64,000 nt of DNA from Myxococcota bacterium (GTDB lineage: Bacteria > Myxococcota_A > UBA9160 > UBA4427). The notes under the pieces were generated by a model. That model searched no databases. It saw only the letters and a program-made list of their open reading frames with translations, and was not told the DNA's origin. Of the stretch, positions 61,449-64,000 are shown in pieces (the first letter of the stretch is position 1; every line of letters begins with the position of its first letter). The stretch covers positions 4,800,001 to 4,864,000 of the forward strand of contig OZ252299.1 in the NCBI GenBank assembly GCA_965250285.1, given 5' to 3'. Made by a program: the position numbers and the translations under genes.

Positions 61449-61855
61449 TGAAGAGACTGGTCCTGTTGCTGGTACTGGGGACGTTCACCGTGGTCGGCTG
61501 CGGTGGACCGTTCTGGATGTTGCCGGGCGGCCGACTCAAGGGAGAGGTCGCCACCGAGCCCGTCACCGACTGGTCGTTCGTCGACGACCGCTTCGTCGAC
61601 CTCGAGGTGCGCCCGCAAGATCCCTATTCGGTCGAGCTCAACTACTTCGTCCGCGACGGGCAGCTCTACGTCGACCCGGCCGAGGGGCGGCGCTGGCTCG
61701 ACTTTCTGCGCGAGGACCCGAACGCGCGCGTCCGCTTCGGCCAGACGGTCTACCCCGTCACGGCCGTGCTGGTGGCGAGACCGGGCGAGCCCAGCGGTCT
61801 CGAAGACATGGACCCCGGTCGATTCATCTACCGCCTCGACTCGCGCACGCAATGA
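61445..61855 (+). CDS. Lipoprotein, homolog of 56180..56668
   Basis: Lipobox VVGC, GPFWMLPGG, DWSFV, RVRFGQTVYPV. Confidence 0.75.
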   Translation: MMKRLVLLLVLGTFTVVGCGGPFWMLPGGRLKGEVATEPVTDWSFVDDRFVDLEVRPQDPYSVELNYFVRDGQLYVDPAEGRRWLDFLREDPNARVRFGQTVYPVTAVLVARPGEPSGLEDMDPGRFIYRLDSRTQ

Positions 61856-61933
61856 CACACTCGCGCAGGCCCGCTTCACCTATCCTGTAGACCCGCCCGG
61901 GGACCGGGCGCGTGCGAAGGGGAGCCCGCCGCC

Positions 61934-63088
61934 GTGTCACGACTCGCCCTGACCGGCGGTGTTCTGGTCGATCCCGAGGCCGAGCACGCCGGCGAAGCCA
62001 CGCTCCTCGTCGAAGCCGGGCGCATCATCGATCGCGTGGGCGCGCAGGATCCGGTCGGCAGCGACTGGCGACGCGTCGACATGAGCGAACGGTTCGTCAC
62101 GCCCGGCTTCATCGACCTGCACTTCCATGGCGAGCTGGCGCACGCGCCCGTGGAGGGGTTCGGCGCCGCACTCGCGCGCAGCGCCGCGCACATGCTGGCG
62201 GGCGGCACCACTACCTTTCTCGCAACGACGATGGCCTGGCCCCACGACGAGCTCGCCGAGGCGCTGCCGGCTCTCTGCGCGGCCGCGTCGGCGCCGGCCC
62301 CCGGCGGCGCCCGCTGCGTCGGGCTTCATCTCGAGGGGCCGTGGATCTCGGGCGCAGCGCCGGGTGCGATGCAGGCCGAGTGCATGCGGCCATTCGATCG
62401 AAAACGCGACGGCGACCTGCTCGACCGCGCCGGCGACGCTCTCTCGATGGTGACGCTCGCCCCCGAGATCGAGGGCGCCGATGACCTGCTCGACGAGCTC
62501 GGGCGTCGCGGCGTGCTCGCCGCCCTCGGCCACAGCCAGGCCTCCCCGGCCTGCATCGATGCCGCCATCGACCGCGGCCTGCGACACGTGACTCATCTGT
62601 TCAACGCCATGGGGCCGGTCCACCATCGCGCGCCGGGCGTCGCGGGCACGGCCCTCACGCGCGATGCGCTGCACTGCGATCTGATCTGCGATGGCGCTCA
62701 TGTCCACCCCGACATGGTGCGCGTCGCAGCGCGCGCGCTGGGCGAGCGCCTCGTGTTGATCAGCGACCGCGTCGACCTCGCGACGCCGCCCCACGACGAG
62801 CCCGCCGACGTCGAACCGAATCGTCTGGCCGATGGCACGCTGCTCGGGAGCCGACTGCACCTCTCTCAGGCCATCGCGAATCTGCGCGCCTTCGCACAGA
62901 CGTCCCTGCACGACGCCGTCGCGGCGTGCACGTTGCGCCCCTCCCAGCTGCTCGGGCTCGAGCACGAATGCGGCACCTTTCGGCGCGGCGCCCGCGCCGA
63001 CCTCGCCGTGCTCGACGCCAAGGGCGCGCTCGTAGAGACCTGGCTCGAAGGTGCGCCGGTTGATCGGCCCGATCCCGAACCGACGTAG
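61934..63088 (+). CDS. nagA: N-acetylglucosamine-6-phosphate deacetylase
   Basis: PGFIDLHFHG, GLHLEGP, VTLAPE, GHS, THLFNAM, DGAHVHP, ISD. Confidence 0.9.
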   Translation: MSRLALTGGVLVDPEAEHAGEATLLVEAGRIIDRVGAQDPVGSDWRRVDMSERFVTPGFIDLHFHGELAHAPVEGFGAALARSAAHMLAGGTTTFLATTMAWPHDELAEALPALCAAASAPAPGGARCVGLHLEGPWISGAAPGAMQAECMRPFDRKRDGDLLDRAGDALSMVTLAPEIEGADDLLDELGRRGVLAALGHSQASPACIDAAIDRGLRHVTHLFNAMGPVHHRAPGVAGTALTRDALHCDLICDGAHVHPDMVRVAARALGERLVLISDRVDLATPPHDEPADVEPNRLADGTLLGSRLHLSQAIANLRAFAQTSLHDAVAACTLRPSQLLGLEHECGTFRRGARADLAVLDAKGALVETWLEGAPVDRPDPEPT

Positions 63089-63146
63089 ACGCGGCGGCAT
63101 CCCTTCCATCGCACTTCGCTCGCCCGACGCTGAACGGAACACCCCG

Positions 63147-63962
63147 ATGCCCTTCCCGCCCGCCCACATCGTCGCCGCCGCTCCGCTGGCGAGACCCATG
63201 GGCCGGCTCGGCGTCGTGTCCGCGCTGTCGATCGGCGCGATGACGCCCGATCTCGCGTACTTCTTGCCGCTCGAGATACCGCGCTGGGAGAGCCACTCGA
63301 TGCCGGGTCTCTTCTGGTTCTGCCTGCCCGCCGGCCTCGCCACGTGGGCCCTCTTCGTCACGTGCGTCGCGCCCCTCGTGCATGACGTCGCGCCCCAGGC
63401 GCTGCGGGCCCGCCTGCCCAGCGCCTGGCGCGCCGGCGCGTGGCCGACGAAACAGTTCGGAGCAGCGGCGCTCTGCGTCTTGATCGGCGCGGCCACCCAT
63501 CTGGCGTGGGATTCGTTCACGCATCTCGGCACGCCCGTCACACTCAACACGCCCGTGCTCACCCAGCTGATCGGCACATTCGGCGGCTACCGCGTGCGCG
63601 GCGTGACCGTCCTGCAGCATACGAGCACCCTCTTCGGGTTCACGGTGCTCGCGATCTGGGGACGAAGCTGGTGGCGACGCACCCAGCCCGTGCCCGTGCC
63701 GCCGCCCCCGACGCTTGGGGTGCGCCTCGTGTTGATCGTGCTGGCGCTCGGTCCCGCACTCTGGCTCGGCGGTGACGCGGCGATCACACGTTTCGGCTGG
63801 CCGCACGAGCCCATGCTCAAGCTCAGGCAGGCGGCCACCGGGATCGTGATGACCGGCGGGACGATCTTGATGTGGAGCCTCGTGGGCGTGTCGATCGCGT
63901 GGCGCGTCCTGCGCACCCTGCCCTCGCTGCAGGGCGAGCACGAGCGACTCGAACCGAGCTGA
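63147..63962 (+). CDS. DUF4184 family membrane protein
   Basis: MPFPPAH, GAMTPDL, THLAWDSFTH, LQHTST. Confidence 0.88.
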   Translation: MPFPPAHIVAAAPLARPMGRLGVVSALSIGAMTPDLAYFLPLEIPRWESHSMPGLFWFCLPAGLATWALFVTCVAPLVHDVAPQALRARLPSAWRAGAWPTKQFGAAALCVLIGAATHLAWDSFTHLGTPVTLNTPVLTQLIGTFGGYRVRGVTVLQHTSTLFGFTVLAIWGRSWWRRTQPVPVPPPPTLGVRLVLIVLALGPALWLGGDAAITRFGWPHEPMLKLRQAATGIVMTGGTILMWSLVGVSIAWRVLRTLPSLQGEHERLEPS

Positions 63963-63995
63963 ACGACGAGCACGAGCGACTCGAACCGAGCTGAA
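63935..63995 (+). repeat. Perfect 29-bp tandem duplication of the DUF4184 gene 3' end
   Basis: CGAGCACGAGCGACTCGAACCGAGCTGAA at 63935-63963 and 63967-63995. Confidence 0.95.
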
Positions 63996-64000
63996 GGGGG

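Noticed and set aside
56180..63962. Integron cassette array (GNAT, VOC, GFA, DUF genes)
   Set aside because: Many genes overlap or abut, no repeated attC-like elements, no integrase, composition matches the host

Overview
64 kb of very GC-rich, gene-dense bacterial chromosome. The organism is diderm (RND/MFP systems, an outer-membrane barrel, PEP-CTERM proteins, lipoproteins). A Myxococcota-like lineage is my inference from the PilZ type, PEP-CTERM proteins and a sterol reductase. About 50 CDSs can be supported; most of the other long ORFs in the track are GC-driven shadow frames. I found no rRNA, tRNA, CRISPR array or mobile element. The best candidate for an under-described system is 8.9-26.2 kb. 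It encodes a 1404-aa LEPR-XLL/DUF4347/LamG/cadherin adhesin-like protein with a C-terminal membrane segment, three membrane-fusion (HlyD-like) proteins (one GAF-fused, one fused to a PqqD/RRE-like domain plus an M50 site-2 protease), a diguanylate cyclase and a divergent EAL sensor, with no ABC ATPase, TolC or SecA in the locus. Other points of note: (1) a triplicated RBS+ATG that creates two ATGA-coupled 13-aa uORFs ahead of an amidohydrolase; (2) a duplicated RBS+TTG ahead of an AraC gene; (3) rplC standing alone outside the S10 operon; (4) an orphan ERG4/ERG24 sterol reductase; (5) a frameshifted MBL hydrolase in a sulfatase cluster; (6) a shikimate-kinase-like protein lacking the Walker A lysine. 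All family calls come from motif recognition by eye, not database searches.
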